A DNA stretch of 64,000 nt, from assembly GCF_964355755.1 (NCBI RefSeq), contig NC_092678.1:8572422-8636421 (forward strand). The letters are read 5' to 3'. Position numbers and translations under genes: made by a program. Positions 62,014 to 64,000 of this stretch are shown here, piece after piece (the stretch's first letter is position 1; each line of letters begins with the position of its first letter). The stretch comes from Antedon mediterranea (Eukaryota > Animalia > Echinodermata). The notes under the pieces were generated by a model. That model was given only the letters and a program-made list of their open reading frames with translations, made no database searches and was not told the origin of the DNA.

Positions 62014-63555
62014 ACTGAAATTCGGATACAGCCTCATAATTTTGAAGACAGCCCGATTTTCTTGACAGATTTAATATATGTTTATACAATTATATTGATT
62101 TGCGATGAATGGAACATTCCAATATTATTATTTGGTTTAACACAAGTACCTGTAGGTAAATGTATGAGCCCTTGGAGAATGAACCTAAAACCTTTAGTTA
62201 TAGTATAAACCATTTTGGTCGCCATTTGAATCGCAAATTTCTTACTGTGAGTGTGGGTAGGCACTATTGTTAGATAAACGCACAATATACAAATGAACTT
62301 TGTTACTGATAGTTGCTACTCACGTTTGTATTAATGAATAAATCCCAAAAAAAGATAAACGTCGTAGTGGTGTATCGTTAAATGTACTTTACTATTTCAA
62401 TCGATTATTTGGTCATTGTTCGAAAATGTCCCTGTTTTAACAAAGTATTAAATCGCAAATATTGTACTGTATTATTGGTATATTATTTATAGGCCTATAC
62501 AACATGAAAAAAAAAATCGTTAGTGAGTGGATAAAGAATATATTTAAAAAGTGTTCCTCTTGTACCCATCCATCAACCCTAATGTTACATACAAAACACA
62601 AATTGGGTTTGTTTAAATAAGTCCAAATAAAAAATGTGGACTCATTTTATGACAAATTTCTCTTTCGGAATTAGGTATAATTCCCATGGTGCTAATTTGA
62701 GTTGACTACATAACTCATCGTGTCTATATTTAATTGTTTCTCTAAACGACAATGTATTATAATGCGGCGGTACGTACATTTGAAATCGCCATTTTTTTAC
62801 GCTGTGTATTCGAGAACCATTTGTGGGCACGACCTGGATTGTACGCGAGCGAAGTTGATATACGACCTGGATAGGTCATGAAACGTCGCTGTTTCTAAAC
62901 AAGAAAGTTCAGTGAATTAGGCCCTAGATTGATATATTTTTTTTAAAAAAAAGCAAATACAGCAAAAACAAATCTGAGATACGTAAAATTACGCGAAAAG
63001 TTTAGTAGAATAAATATATAAATTATTTTATTTGAGAGTAGCACGATAATCAAGAGAATGATATTTAACATTCTAATTGGTAAAATATCCGTCTAAATAA
63101 ATCCACAGGGCTAGAAAAACATGCGTTACTCTTTATTGTTCATTTATTTTATATACAATGCTATGAAATATTTCCATTTTCAAAATCCATCCTGTAATTT
63201 ATTTTATATAATATACAAGTAATGACTGATTGCAATGCAATTAAACCTCTTATGGCGGCCACTCTCGGGACCGGGAAAAGTGGCTGCTTACAAGAGGTGA
63301 CCGCTTACTGCCGATAGAGGGCCAAAATCAGGTATTGTGGCTATGCTCGTTATTTTCAGTGTTCTAAACGAAATGGGCCTCTAAATTCTCTAGCTAATCG
63401 TATTTTATTGTTTATGATCAGGTGGTTTTGTAATATTTATGATTTTCAGACAAATTTTAAAAGCTTTTATCATACGAAAATGATCAGTCCAAATCTGTGT
63501 TGTTTTCTCATCTCATCTAAAAACACAGGACTATTCTTCACAGAAATGTTTTTAA

Positions 63556-64000
63556 AGGTTAGGTACGGGCAAAAAAATTCTATTGATCATACATTCCAAT
63601 AATTATCGATCTATAATTTCCCCTATGTTTCATAATTTGTGTTACACCAGCTTGTTGAAAATAAGCACTTTCTTATCAGTGGGGGGATAGTTCAAATTAC
63701 ACAGTAAAACCTCTATTCTTTTGTACACAGATGTTGTAAATATAGTGTGGTAAAAAATGTTATCAGATGATTAAATATGAGTAACATAACTTGAATTTTA
63801 CATTTCTAGTATTTTTATTTAACTTCAGATTTTTTTTTCATGCTATAGCACAAATAATCTACCGATATCCACCATTTTTTTTCACCTTCTAGGAAGTCAC
63901 CAGACATGTAATTACATTATGTTAAACTATACCTAACTAATGAAAAAAAGTCTGCCTTGTTTTTATAGCAGAATTTTGTATTTGACCATTTTAAGGGAAA
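63556..64000. mobile_element. TTAA-flanked MITE, same family as 19858-20450, running off the window end
   Basis: TTAA|aggttaggtacgggcaaaaaa; collinear with 19858-20360. Confidence 0.75.

Noticed and set aside
63556-64000. MITE as evidence that the segmental duplication extends to the window end (match to 19858-20360)
   Set aside because: Similarity stops at the TTAA, the flanks differ, and the order relative to the dehydratase exon is inconsistent, so these are independent insertions.

Overview
AT-rich, repeat-dense eukaryotic DNA, probably from a marine invertebrate (frequent TAGGCCTA; CR1/L2, RTE and Penelope retroelements; many MITE families). The left ~49 kb is a ~31-kb tandem segmental duplication. 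Each copy carries an intact minus-strand gene with a single coding exon (1308 aa at 161-4087; 1306 aa at 31165-35085), a splice acceptor one base before the ATG, and a candidate TATA/Inr promoter plus non-coding exon ~6.5-7 kb upstream. By eye, the protein looks like a single-chain AB or polymorphic-toxin-like protein. It has three N-terminal pre-toxin-like helical repeats, a glycine zipper, an ADP-ribosyltransferase-like domain split by a ~135-aa insert that is far more divergent between the paralogues than the rest, and ~5 C-terminal 'DQGWG' beta-sandwich (lectin-like) repeats. This domain assignment is pattern recognition, not a database result. The window also holds a MITE-disrupted Ser/Thr dehydratase-like pseudogene, many nested non-autonomous DNA transposons with readable TIRs and TSDs, and a block of two CR1/L2-group LINEs, one interrupted by a TTAA-targeting DNA transposon.
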